DNA of 64,000 bases from an uncultured Alphaproteobacteria bacterium (GCA_902577945.1 CACHBB010000001.1:109344-173343); one strand, 5' to 3'. Shown: positions 41,958 through 50,856, counted from the first letter of the stretch. Notes: generated by a model from the letters alone, not told the origin. Numbers and translations: made by a program.

Positions 41958-42859
41958 TTCAACATATCATGTAAATAACCTTCACGAATTCCATATCTTA
42001 CAAAAATAATATTTTTAATATTATAAAATGAAGCAAGGCTAAATAAAATATATGTAGATAATTTTAATTTATCTAATCGATTGGGTTGAACAACATTCAA
42101 TTTTTTAATTTGTTTTTTATCCATAGAGTATAATTTGTGATAGAATATTTCTAACTCTGAAAATGGTATCAGGTAGCCATGTAGTTTATTTTTCTTGATG
42201 CCATTTAGATGTAAATGTAGTTTTGCAAGATTGCGCCACATGCCTCCAATAACATAAATATTTCCTACGTTTTTAGAAAATTTAAGAGATTGGTTTTTAA
42301 ATTTCGAAAATAAAAAATTATCAAATTTAATTTTAGTAGTTTTGTACATATCAGATTCACTTCTTAAGATGCCAATTTTTAAACTTTTAGTCTCAAGTAT
42401 GTTCTTATTTTTTATTGAACTAAGTTCTAAACTTCCACCTCCCAAGTCTGCAACTAAACCGATTGGATTTTTTATTGAACTAATTACACCTAGGGATCCA
42501 CATTTAGCCTCATTTTTTGGTGAGAGCACTTCTACTCTAACTGACTTTTTTTTCTTGAAGGGTTCAATAATTTCTTTTCCATTTATTGTTTCACGAATTG
42601 CGGCCGTTGCAATTATATGAATATCTGAGGACTCATAATCTTTTGCAATCTTAATATATTCTTCTAAGCATTTTATAGCTTCTTTTATTTTTATCGATGG
42701 GAGTTTACCTATTTTAATACTTTCACCTAATTTTAAGAATTCTCTTTTTTGATAAAGTATTGGAAAAGGATAAATAGCTTGCGCGTATATAACCAGTCTA
42801 AATGTATTAGAGCCTAGATCAATAACTGTTATGGGATTTTTATTTTTCTTTTTAGCCAT
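41954..42859 (-). CDS. ppx: Exopolyphosphatase/GppA family (short form)
   Basis: IDLGSNTFRL, ATAAIRE, DLGGGSLE, GIREG; near ppk1. Confidence 0.88.
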   Translation of the reverse strand: MAKKKNKNPITVIDLGSNTFRLVIYAQAIYPFPILYQKREFLKLGESIKIGKLPSIKIKEAIKCLEEYIKIAKDYESSDIHIIATAAIRETINGKEIIEPFKKKKSVRVEVLSPKNEAKCGSLGVISSIKNPIGLVADLGGGSLELSSIKNKNILETKSLKIGILRSESDMYKTTKIKFDNFLFSKFKNQSLKFSKNVGNIYVIGGMWRNLAKLHLHLNGIKKNKLHGYLIPFSELEIFYHKLYSMDKKQIKKLNVVQPNRLDKLKLSTYILFSLASFYNIKNIIFVRYGIREGYLHDMLN

Positions 42860-42891
42860 GGAAATATATACATCTAAAGTATTAAACTCGA

Positions 42892-43350
42892 ATGCTACAA
42901 GTCTATTTATTACGTCACGCCAAATCTAGTTGGGATAATTTAGAACTTGATGACATTGATAGGCCGCTGAATAAAAGAGGTATGAGAAATGCAAAACAAT
43001 TTTCTAAAATATTAGATAAAAGAAAATTTCAAATTAATCAGATAATATGTTCTCCTTCTAAAAGAACAACTAGCACATATGATATAATTTCTAACTCGTT
43101 TGATCGCTCAGTAAAATTTACAATTGATAACGATATTTATGAATGTCCACCAAATATACTTATAAGAAAAATTAAAAAATTAAAAAAAAACACACTTATC
43201 ATTGGGCACAACCCTAGTTTGATAGAGTCAATTAATATTTTATGTAATTCAAATATTGAACATTTTCCAACCTGTGCTTTTGCCATAATATCCTTTAAAA
43301 ATAGCTGGGTATTAAGTGAAATTTTAAAACCAAAAAATAAGAATTATTAA
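42892..43350 (+). CDS. sixA: SixA-like phosphohistidine phosphatase
   Basis: LRHAKS, DRPLNKRG, SPSKRT, IGHNP. Confidence 0.85.
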   Translation: MLQVYLLRHAKSSWDNLELDDIDRPLNKRGMRNAKQFSKILDKRKFQINQIICSPSKRTTSTYDIISNSFDRSVKFTIDNDIYECPPNILIRKIKKLKKNTLIIGHNPSLIESINILCNSNIEHFPTCAFAIISFKNSWVLSEILKPKNKNY

Positions 43351-43408
43351 AGAAATATGTATTTTTTATGAAAGTGTTTTTTTTTTATTAATAATATAAA
43401 CAAACATT

Positions 43409-45508
43409 ATGATTAAAAATAATAATTCTTTTAACTATATTAATAGAGAATTATCTTGGCTTAAATTTAATGAAAGAGTCTTAAGTCAGACACTTGATAA
43501 TAAAACGCCATTATTAGAAAGAGTTAGGTTTCTATCAATAGCATTCTCTAATCTTGATGAATTTTTTATGGTTAGAGTGGCAGGATTAAATGTTCAAAAA
43601 TATTCACGAAATAAAAGTTTTGATGGATTAACACCACAACAGCAACTCAAGCTGATAGATAAAGAAACATCAAAGATGATTTCAGATATAAAATCAATAT
43701 GGATAGATTTACTAAAAGAGCTTTCAGAAAATAAGATCCATATAGATGTAGAAAAAACACTGAAAACAAAAGATAAAACATTTATAAAAAATTATTTAGA
43801 AGAAAATAATTGGGGGGTTTTAACGCCAATTATTATTGATCCATCTCACCCATTTCCTTTTATACCAAATAAAGAAACAACATTAGTATGTCGGTTAATA
43901 AATAATAAAAAAACTTTTTATGGAATACTGAGAGTGCCAGAGGGATTAGAAAAATTTATTAAATTACCTGGTAAAAAAATACGTTTTGTCTCTATGGAGA
44001 CAGCCTTGCTTATTTCTTTAAAAGAAATTTTCCAGTGTGATAGAGTTTTGGATAAAGGTGTTTTTAGACCAATTAGGAATAGTGAATTAGAATTAGGGGG
44101 TGAAGGAGAAGATTTATTTTTAGTATTTCAAAAAGCTATTTTTGAGAGAAGAAGACAAGAGGTAATAAGAATTGATTTTGATGAAAACATATCTAGTCAC
44201 TTAATTAAATTCATAAATAAAAAACTTAACTATAAGGATGTAAATACATATAAACTTCCAATACCCATTAATCTTTCTAGTATAGAGTCAATTTTTTTAA
44301 AAGATTTTAAAAAATTATTTTTTCCAAAATTTAAGGTACGATTTCCTGAAAGAATTAAAGATTTTAAAAATGATTATTTTAAAGCAATAGCGAATAAAGA
44401 TATTGTTATTCATCACCCATTTGAATCTTTTGAAGTAGTGACTCAGTTTATTGATCAAGCCGCAGATGATCCAAAAGTCTTATCAATAAAACATACTTTA
44501 TACCGAACAACTGATGACTCGCCGATAGAAGCAAGTTTAGTTAGAGCAGCACAAAAAGGGAAATTAGTAACTGTCATTATAGAGCTGCAAGCACGTTTTG
44601 ATGAAGAGCGTAACTTAAAATGGGCAAAAGAATTAGAATTAGCTGGAGCGCAAGTTGTTTTTGGCAATATTGATATGAAAACTCATGCAAAAATTACACT
44701 TGTAACAAGGAAGCAAATGAATTCTGTTGTAAATTACGCACATTATGGAACAGGTAATTATCACCCGAGAAATGCAAAAGTTTATATGGATTTATCTTAC
44801 TTCACCTGTGACAAAACATTAACAAATGATGCTGCAAAAATGTTTAATTATTTAACTAGTTATTCAGAACCAACAACAATAAAAAAAATAGTATATTCTC
44901 CAATAACTGCAAGAAACAAATTAAATGAACTAATTAGAAATGAAATTACAAATGCTGGAAAAAATAAACCATCTGGAATAGTATGTAAGTGTAATTCTCT
45001 TGTTGATAAACAAATTATTGATGAATTTTATAAAGCATCTCAAAAAAATGTAAAAATTGAATTGTTGATAAGAGGAATTTGCTCTCTAATACCTGGTAAA
45101 GAAAATCTATCGGAAAATATAGTTGTTAAAAGTATAATTGGTCGTTTTTTAGAACATACGAGAATATATTGTTTTTATAACGGTCATAAATTCCCTCATA
45201 GAAAAAATATCTTGTTTATTTCTTCTGCCGATTTAATGCAAAGAAATCTAGATAGGCGTGTTGAAACATTTATTCCTATTGAAAATGAAACTGTACATGA
45301 ACAAATATTAAATCAGATCTTAATTGCCAGTATGACAGATAATACAAATTCTTGGCAAATGTTAAGTAATGGCAATTATCAGAAAAAAGAAATATCAAGC
45401 AAAGAGAAAAAGTTTTCCTCTCACAATTTTTTTATCAAAAATCCAAGCTTGTCTGGGAGGGGTTCAGCAAAACTCAAATCTAGAGCTAAGTCTAATTTAA
45501 AAATTTGA
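43409..45508 (+). CDS. ppk1: Polyphosphate kinase 1
   Basis: NRELSWLKFNERV, NLDEFFMVRVAG, HPFPF, HHPFESF, RFLEHTR, SADLMQRNLDRRVE. Confidence 0.97.
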   Translation: MIKNNNSFNYINRELSWLKFNERVLSQTLDNKTPLLERVRFLSIAFSNLDEFFMVRVAGLNVQKYSRNKSFDGLTPQQQLKLIDKETSKMISDIKSIWIDLLKELSENKIHIDVEKTLKTKDKTFIKNYLEENNWGVLTPIIIDPSHPFPFIPNKETTLVCRLINNKKTFYGILRVPEGLEKFIKLPGKKIRFVSMETALLISLKEIFQCDRVLDKGVFRPIRNSELELGGEGEDLFLVFQKAIFERRRQEVIRIDFDENISSHLIKFINKKLNYKDVNTYKLPIPINLSSIESIFLKDFKKLFFPKFKVRFPERIKDFKNDYFKAIANKDIVIHHPFESFEVVTQFIDQAADDPKVLSIKHTLYRTTDDSPIEASLVRAAQKGKLVTVIIELQARFDEERNLKWAKELELAGAQVVFGNIDMKTHAKITLVTRKQMNSVVNYAHYGTGNYHPRNAKVYMDLSYFTCDKTLTNDAAKMFNYLTSYSEPTTIKKIVYSPITARNKLNELIRNEITNAGKNKPSGIVCKCNSLVDKQIIDEFYKASQKNVKIELLIRGICSLIPGKENLSENIVVKSIIGRFLEHTRIYCFYNGHKFPHRKNILFISSADLMQRNLDRRVETFIPIENETVHEQILNQILIASMTDNTNSWQMLSNGNYQKKEISSKEKKFSSHNFFIKNPSLSGRGSAKLKSRAKSNLKI

Positions 45509-45509
45509 A
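45464..45509 (+). repeat. Direct repeat A, copy 1 (ppk1 3' end)
   Basis: TCAGCAAAACTCAAATCTAGAGCTAAGTCTAATTTAAAAATTTGAA; 45/46 identical to 47784-47829. Confidence 0.93.
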
Positions 45510-45511
45510 AA

Positions 45512-45572
45512 TAGAATATAATCCCACTCACAACAATTGGACATAGCAGGAAGAAATAATATTGTGAGTGGT
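45512..45572 (-). ncRNA. Candidate Pho-regulated sRNA, copy 1
   Basis: Stem CCACTCACAA/TTGTGAGTGG (45524-45571), loop with TTTCTTCCTG; Pho-box-like promoter places +1 at 45572; 3' end approximate. Confidence 0.5.
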
Positions 45573-45714
45573 AAAGAGTATTTAAATTTTATTTTTTACA
45601 GCCGTGTTAATAGAATATTAAATTTTTATAAATTAAACTAATTTTTAAATTTCATTAATCTCAAATAAATTTTTTAGTTCTTTCAATTTGTTAAAAATTG
45701 AATCTTTTACTTCT
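45520..45714 (+). repeat. Degenerate direct repeat B, copy 1 (~195 bp: hairpin, promoter, arsC 3' remnant)
   Basis: Aligns by eye along its length with 50302-50497. Confidence 0.9.
45657..45714 (-). pseudogene. Remnant of arsC 3' end
   Basis: Near-identical to the last ~20 codons of arsC (50437-50497). Confidence 0.75.
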
Positions 45715-45734
45715 TAGTAACTATAATTTTAAAA

Positions 45735-46730
45735 TTAATTTTTTGCATTTACAATATTAGATAGAAATTGATTTGCACATCTATCCCAAGTAAATTGCAT
45801 TGCAAATTTTCTACAATCATTTCTATCAATCTTTAAGGCTTTTTTAAGTGAGTTTTCAATATCGTTATCAAGACTGTCAATTAATGAGTTTTTTAAAATA
45901 TCTTTAGGACCTGTTACTGGGTAAGCAGCCACTGGTGTTCCAGAGGCTAAAGACTCTAAAATTACATTTCCAAATGTATCTGTTTTGGATGGGAATACCA
46001 ACGCTTCAGCATTTGCATAATAATTTGCTAAGTCTTGACCTTTTTTCATCCCAACGAAAGATACATATGGATATTTATTTTGTAGTCGTTGTTTTTCTGG
46101 ACCATCTCCAACAACAATTTTATCCATCTTAGTTCTTATTTCTAAAAACGCTTCGATGTTTTTTTCTAATGAAACTCTACCAATGTAAACAATATACTTT
46201 TTCAGTCCTTTTCTTCTTTTTAAAGGATTAAATAATTCAGTATTAACTCCCCTTGACCAAATTTTAAGATTTTGAAATTGATATTTCGTTAATTCGTCAC
46301 GCATAGATACTGTTGGGACCAATACATTGCATGCATTTTTATGAAAATTTTTTAAAAAAGAGTACCCAATTATTTTTGGTATCATTATTCTTTGCTCTAA
46401 ATATTCTGGAAATCTCGTATGAAAAGAGGTTGTATATCTCAACTTATTATTCTCACAAAATTTTTTCCCCGCTATTCCAACTGGTCCTTCAGTAGCGATA
46501 TGTATAAAATCTGGATCAAAATTATTAAAAAATTTTTCTGTTATTTTTTTTGTATTAATTGCTAGTTTTATTTCTTTATACCAGGGATAGCTAAAATTAG
46601 TAAACATCATTGGGTGAAGTATGTCTATTTCATTCTTTTCTTTTAAAAATGGATTAATATGTTGGTATGTATTTACCACACCATTAACTTGGGGAAGCCA
46701 AGCATCGGTAATGATTGCTATTTTTTTCAC
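45735..46730 (-). CDS. agt: GT4 glycosyltransferase (Agt-like), copy 2, GTG start
   Basis: DAWLPQVNGVV, HIATEGP, FHTRFPEY, GRVSLEKN, TDTFGNVILES. Confidence 0.8.
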   Translation of the reverse strand: MKKIAIITDAWLPQVNGVVNTYQHINPFLKEKNEIDILHPMMFTNFSYPWYKEIKLAINTKKITEKFFNNFDPDFIHIATEGPVGIAGKKFCENNKLRYTTSFHTRFPEYLEQRIMIPKIIGYSFLKNFHKNACNVLVPTVSMRDELTKYQFQNLKIWSRGVNTELFNPLKRRKGLKKYIVYIGRVSLEKNIEAFLEIRTKMDKIVVGDGPEKQRLQNKYPYVSFVGMKKGQDLANYYANAEALVFPSKTDTFGNVILESLASGTPVAAYPVTGPKDILKNSLIDSLDNDIENSLKKALKIDRNDCRKFAMQFTWDRCANQFLSNIVNAKN

Positions 46731-47533
46731 ACTGCTACACTTTCTGGTATTTTGTTATATTTGTTGTGAAAAATTTTTTCTCTTTCAATCGACCAGTCAA
46801 TAAGAGATAATTGTCCCTCTTTATTTTCCACTAGCGCAGAACAACTCTCAACCCAATCACCATCATTGCAATATAACACTCCGTTTAATTTTTTTATAAC
46901 GGGCTTATGAATATGGCCGCACACAACAACATCGGCATTTGCTCTTTTAGCGCTATCAGATACGGCAAACTCAAAGTTAGAAATAAAATTCGTGGCTCTT
47001 TTTGTTTGATGTTTGAGAAATTGAGATAATGACCAATAAGACAGACCTAGTTTTCTTCTGACAAAATTTAGATAGTTATTCAACTTTAATATAAATTCGT
47101 ATAGGGATGACCCAATACTTGCCAGCCATTTAGCATTTATTATAACTGCATCAAATTCATCACCATGTAAAACAAGGGCATTTCTTCCATCAGCTAGTTT
47201 GTGTGTAAACTTATTTTTTATTGATATATTCCCTAGTGAAAAACTTGTGTAATTTTTTACAAGTTCGTCATGATTACCTGGGATAAATATAACTTTTGTA
47301 CCTTTTCTTGCTTTACGCAAAATCTTCTGGATAATGTCATTATGAGTTTGATGCCAATAAATTTTTTTTTTCATTCTCCATGCATCAATAATATCGCCAA
47401 CTAAAAATAAATATTTTGAATCTGTTGATCTCAAAAATTCAAGAAGCATTTCACTCTTGCTATTTTCTGTTCCAAGATGAAGATCAGATATCCATATAGT
47501 TCTATAATATGAAACTGATTGCTGATCTTTCAT
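46727..47533 (-). CDS. plcP: PlcP-type phospholipase C, copy 2
   Basis: ISDLHLG, GDIID, PGNHD, HGD, CGHIH, NDGDWVESC; paralog of 39477-40289. Confidence 0.85.
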   Translation of the reverse strand: MKDQQSVSYYRTIWISDLHLGTENSKSEMLLEFLRSTDSKYLFLVGDIIDAWRMKKKIYWHQTHNDIIQKILRKARKGTKVIFIPGNHDELVKNYTSFSLGNISIKNKFTHKLADGRNALVLHGDEFDAVIINAKWLASIGSSLYEFILKLNNYLNFVRRKLGLSYWSLSQFLKHQTKRATNFISNFEFAVSDSAKRANADVVVCGHIHKPVIKKLNGVLYCNDGDWVESCSALVENKEGQLSLIDWSIEREKIFHNKYNKIPESVAV

Positions 47534-47557
47534 TTTAATATAAAATAATAAAAATTT

Positions 47558-47586
47558 GTTAAAATTTTATTTCAATTACATTAACT
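47558..47586 (-). promoter_or_regulatory. Pho-box-like triple repeat upstream of plcP copy 2
   Basis: AGTTAAT-GTAA-TTGAAAT-AAAA-TTTTAAC-N10-TATTTT. Confidence 0.5.
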
Positions 47587-47783
47587 AATATGTAACGGTT
47601 TTTCTGTTATTAGGCTCAATCCTATTATTTGTGAATTTCTAGGAAATTCCAAAGAAAATTCATAAAAAATTAATATTACCGTTTGAATAAAAAGATTAAA
47701 AATAAACCTAAAATAAAAAAGAAAAATGATAAAGCGCTTAATAATTGATTCACTGACAGCGCAAGAATATAAAATTTAAGGAC

Positions 47784-47829
47784 TCAGCAAAACACAAATC
47801 TAGAGCTAAGTCTAATTTAAAAATTTGAA
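47784..47829 (+). repeat. Direct repeat A, copy 2 (orphan ppk1 3' end)
   Basis: 45/46 identical to 45464-45509. Confidence 0.93.
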
Positions 47830-47851
47830 GCTGGAATATATCCAGCTTCAA
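47825..47851. terminator. Hairpin downstream of the beta-helix gene
   Basis: TTGAAGCTGGA-ATATA-TCCAGCTTCAA. Confidence 0.7.
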
Positions 47852-47862
47852 GAATTTAGCTT

Positions 47863-49275
47863 TTAATTAATCGACTCAACGCCTTCTATATCAAATCCGT
47901 CTGCAATACTTGAAGAAATAGATCTGACAATACCATAACCTGAATCTTCTTGGACAAGTTCCATTCCAGTTCCATCACTATCATCATTATTTGATGTGGT
48001 AACATCTTGTGCCATGATCATAACATTGCCTGCTTCTTCTTCTTCGAAAACAAAACCTTTTCCACCATTGTCTTCAGATGATGAATTGATAACAAAAGCA
48101 CTTACATTTCCTGGACCTTCTTCAGAATGTTTATATCCATCATCTGTATTGCTTAGTGCAATTGTATCAATGATTGTCATGTTAATTGATCCTTCTTGTT
48201 CCTCATCAAAGTCAAGACCTTCATCCCAGTTACCAATAATTGTTGATCGAGTTACTTCAGCGTAGATATCTCCAGGACCTGCTTCATCCACATCAAATCC
48301 ATCGTCAACATCAATACCAAATTCATATTCTTCAACAAAACCACTGTCATAAAGACTTACTTCTCTTTCAAAACAACCATCATCTGGAGATCCAGTAATA
48401 GCAGGTGGTACAGCTGATTCAGTCATCTGACCATCTTCAAATTCACCTTCGTCTTCTTCAGGGAGATAGGCTTCCAAAATATCTGGGTGGCAATAATAAC
48501 CATTGTTATTAAATGATGTATTTTCAATCTGTGCAATAACTGAGCCAGCTTGACCTTCATCAAGCTCTACTCCATCTGCACCGACTCTCGTAAACGAAGA
48601 GTTTAAAATAGAAGCAATTAGATCTCCATTGTCTCTTTCATCTACACGCAGACCGTCGGCATCAAACATTCCTTGACCAACATTGTCAACAACTACATTA
48701 TTTAAGGAAACAGAAATAGAAGCTGGCGAACCGCCGCCTGCTCCTCCCCCGCCTGCACCACACGTTGCACCAACATCGCAATCGGATACATGAATCCCGT
48801 GGTTAGCAACATCATAAACCTTTACATCGTTAAGAACTAATTTAACCATTCCATATTGATTGTCTCTAACATTTAACAAAATTCCTTTACCACCTACACC
48901 ATCTAAATCAGCACGGTTTTCAATATTAAAACCTCCAGGACCTCTGAAATTTATTGAGTGTATAGACATATCACCGCCATTTGTTGATTCAAGAATTGTA
49001 AAATCATCCATAGCGTGAATTGTTTGGCCCTGACCATAAATAAATAATGGTGCTGTACTAGTATAACTTAAAGATGATAAAATTTTAATATTATTTCCAC
49101 TCTTTATATAAATTACATTTGCACCAGCCGACTTATTGGCATTTTCTATAGCTGCTCTAATAGATCCATCACCGCTATCCTTTGAATTAGAAACCACATA
49201 AGAATGTGCTAAAACAACATTAGTTAGAGAAACTATAGTACAGATAAGAAAAGTAATTATTAAATTATTTTTCAT
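47863..49275 (-). CDS. Secreted acidic protein, probable right-handed beta-helix, function unknown
   Basis: Signal peptide; VSNSKDSGDGSIRAAI cap motif; repeats of DG.x.DE..G about every 26-27 aa; start at MKNNL after AAGGAG. Confidence 0.75.
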   Translation of the reverse strand: MKNNLIITFLICTIVSLTNVVLAHSYVVSNSKDSGDGSIRAAIENANKSAGANVIYIKSGNNIKILSSLSYTSTAPLFIYGQGQTIHAMDDFTILESTNGGDMSIHSINFRGPGGFNIENRADLDGVGGKGILLNVRDNQYGMVKLVLNDVKVYDVANHGIHVSDCDVGATCGAGGGGAGGGSPASISVSLNNVVVDNVGQGMFDADGLRVDERDNGDLIASILNSSFTRVGADGVELDEGQAGSVIAQIENTSFNNNGYYCHPDILEAYLPEEDEGEFEDGQMTESAVPPAITGSPDDGCFEREVSLYDSGFVEEYEFGIDVDDGFDVDEAGPGDIYAEVTRSTIIGNWDEGLDFDEEQEGSINMTIIDTIALSNTDDGYKHSEEGPGNVSAFVINSSSEDNGGKGFVFEEEEAGNVMIMAQDVTTSNNDDSDGTGMELVQEDSGYGIVRSISSSIADGFDIEGVESIN

Positions 49276-49308
49276 AAAAATCTCCTTCATCATTATTAAA
49301 TATGAAGT

Positions 49309-49326
49309 ATTAAAAAATTGTTAAAG
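49309..49326 (-). promoter_or_regulatory. Pho-box-like site upstream of the beta-helix gene
   Basis: CTTTAAC-AATT-TTTTAAT-N10-TAATAA; shares 11 bp exactly with 50264-50274. Confidence 0.5.
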
Positions 49327-49382
49327 GCATGATAAAAAAAAGGGGTAAAAATTGAAATGAAAATTGTTTTTTTACAGACGTA

Positions 49383-50225
49383 TTAATTTAATATTGAGTT
49401 TTTATTACTAGGATCTAATCTATAAGTGCTATTCCTTAAAAATTTTGTAATCTCAATAAGATTGCCAATTTCTTTTATGGTTTCAAAGGGTATTCTTTGT
49501 CCAATATGAACATCAATTTTTTTTCCCATTCTTCTTTTAAGTTCATATATCATTAAAGAATATCGAAAGACTTGCCCAATTTTATCAGCAACATGAAAAA
49601 GTTCGCTATTTTGTCCTTCAAAAAAAATTGGGAGGACAGGTGATTGAGTTTTCATTATTATTTTTGAAGTAAATTGTTTCCATTCACGATCTATTGCTTT
49701 GATTCCTTTTTTTAATTTTGGTTTCGTTGAAACTGATCCTGATGGAAAAATGATTAGTGCCCCATTATTTCTTAAGTGTTCTTCGCATTCTTTACGTGCA
49801 GCGATATTATTTATTAAAGCATTTCTATTTTTTGAAAAATCAAGAGGAATAATTTTATTCTTAATAAGATCTGCTCCTTGTAAAACTTTATGCGTAATAA
49901 TTTTGTAATCTTGTCTAATTTTACTAATTAAAGAGCATATTGTAAGACCATCAGCTATTCCAAATGCATGGTTAGCGATTACTACAAGTTTGCCATTTTT
50001 AGGAATATTACTTTTAGAATGATAATGTGTCTGAACACGGAGACCTAATCTTTCAATTGCATCATGCCAAAAATTCTCTGGAGGTAAATTTTCTCTTAAA
50101 TAATCCTCATACAACTTACGTAACTTAATTTTACCCGTTCCCAATTCGGTTAATTGAATAATAATCTTTCCAACAGGATTAACTTCGGAGTTAGAAAAGG
50201 TAAGCGCTGGTTTATTAATTTTCAT
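49383..50225 (-). CDS. Lysophospholipid acyltransferase (PlsC family)
   Basis: ANHAFGIADG (Hx5D variant), IFPSGSVS, LPIFFEGQNS. Confidence 0.8.
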   Translation of the reverse strand: MKINKPALTFSNSEVNPVGKIIIQLTELGTGKIKLRKLYEDYLRENLPPENFWHDAIERLGLRVQTHYHSKSNIPKNGKLVVIANHAFGIADGLTICSLISKIRQDYKIITHKVLQGADLIKNKIIPLDFSKNRNALINNIAARKECEEHLRNNGALIIFPSGSVSTKPKLKKGIKAIDREWKQFTSKIIMKTQSPVLPIFFEGQNSELFHVADKIGQVFRYSLMIYELKRRMGKKIDVHIGQRIPFETIKEIGNLIEITKFLRNSTYRLDPSNKNSILN

Positions 50226-50256
50226 AAAATTTACTTTAAATTCTTAATTTTATAAT

Positions 50257-50274
50257 GTTAAACAATTGTTAAAG
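50257..50274 (-). promoter_or_regulatory. Pho-box-like site upstream of the acyltransferase
   Basis: CTTTAAC-AATT-GTTTAAC-N10-TAAGAA. Confidence 0.5.
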
Positions 50275-50292
50275 TACTCGAAAAAGGAGAAA

Positions 50293-50355
50293 TAAAAAAT
50301 TAATCCCACTCACAATTATTGGTAATTAGCAGGAGGAAATAATACTGTGAGTGGT
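50293..50355 (-). ncRNA. Candidate Pho-regulated sRNA, copy 2
   Basis: Stem CCACTCACA/TGTGAGTGG (50306-50354), loop with TTTCCTCCTG anti-SD, T-rich tail; predicted +1 at 50355. Confidence 0.55.
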
Positions 50356-50497
50356 AAGAGGCATTTAAATTTTATTGTTTACAGATAGATTAATGTAATA
50401 TTAAATTTTTATAAATTTAATTAATTTTTAACTTCATTAATTCTCAAATAAATTTTTTAGTTCTTTCAATTTATCAAAAATTGAATCTCTTACTTCT
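50302..50497 (+). repeat. Degenerate direct repeat B, copy 2
   Basis: Aligns with 45520-45714; includes the intact arsC 3' end. Confidence 0.9.
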
Positions 50498-50856
50498 CTA
50501 AATTTATCTAATTGGTTTGAACTAAAATGATCTGATGCCGGATCATCAAATGGTATTGAAAATATCTGAGCTTTGGAATTTAAAACTGGACATACCTCTT
50601 CTTTACAAAGCGTAAAAACAGTATTTAATTCATCTCTGAACTTATTGTCTAAACTTTCAAAATCTTTTGAATAATGTTTTGATATATCAATATCGATCTC
50701 ACTCATAACCAAAATTGCATTAGGATTGACTTCTTTGGGTACTGATCCTGCACTTTTAATAATGCAATTAGGATATAATTTTTTTGCAATTCCTTCAGCC
50801 ATTTGACTTCTTGCTGAATTAGCAACACACATAAAAAGAATATTTTTATTTTTCAT
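50437..50856 (-). CDS. arsC: Arsenate reductase (LMW-PTP/thioredoxin type)
   Basis: CVANSARSQMAE, TLC...CP, FDDP, FREVRD. Confidence 0.88.
   Translation of the reverse strand: MKNKNILFMCVANSARSQMAEGIAKKLYPNCIIKSAGSVPKEVNPNAILVMSEIDIDISKHYSKDFESLDNKFRDELNTVFTLCKEEVCPVLNSKAQIFSIPFDDPASDHFSSNQLDKFREVRDSIFDKLKELKNLFEN

Noticed and set aside
47582-47780. Stop-free hydrophobic frames on the minus strand between plcP copy 2 and repeat A'
   Set aside because: No credible start or recognisable family; may be a gene remnant or T-rich noise
45464-47829. Repeat A as att sites of a prophage or integrative element
   Set aside because: No integrase, transposase or phage gene in the window; kept only as a repeat observation
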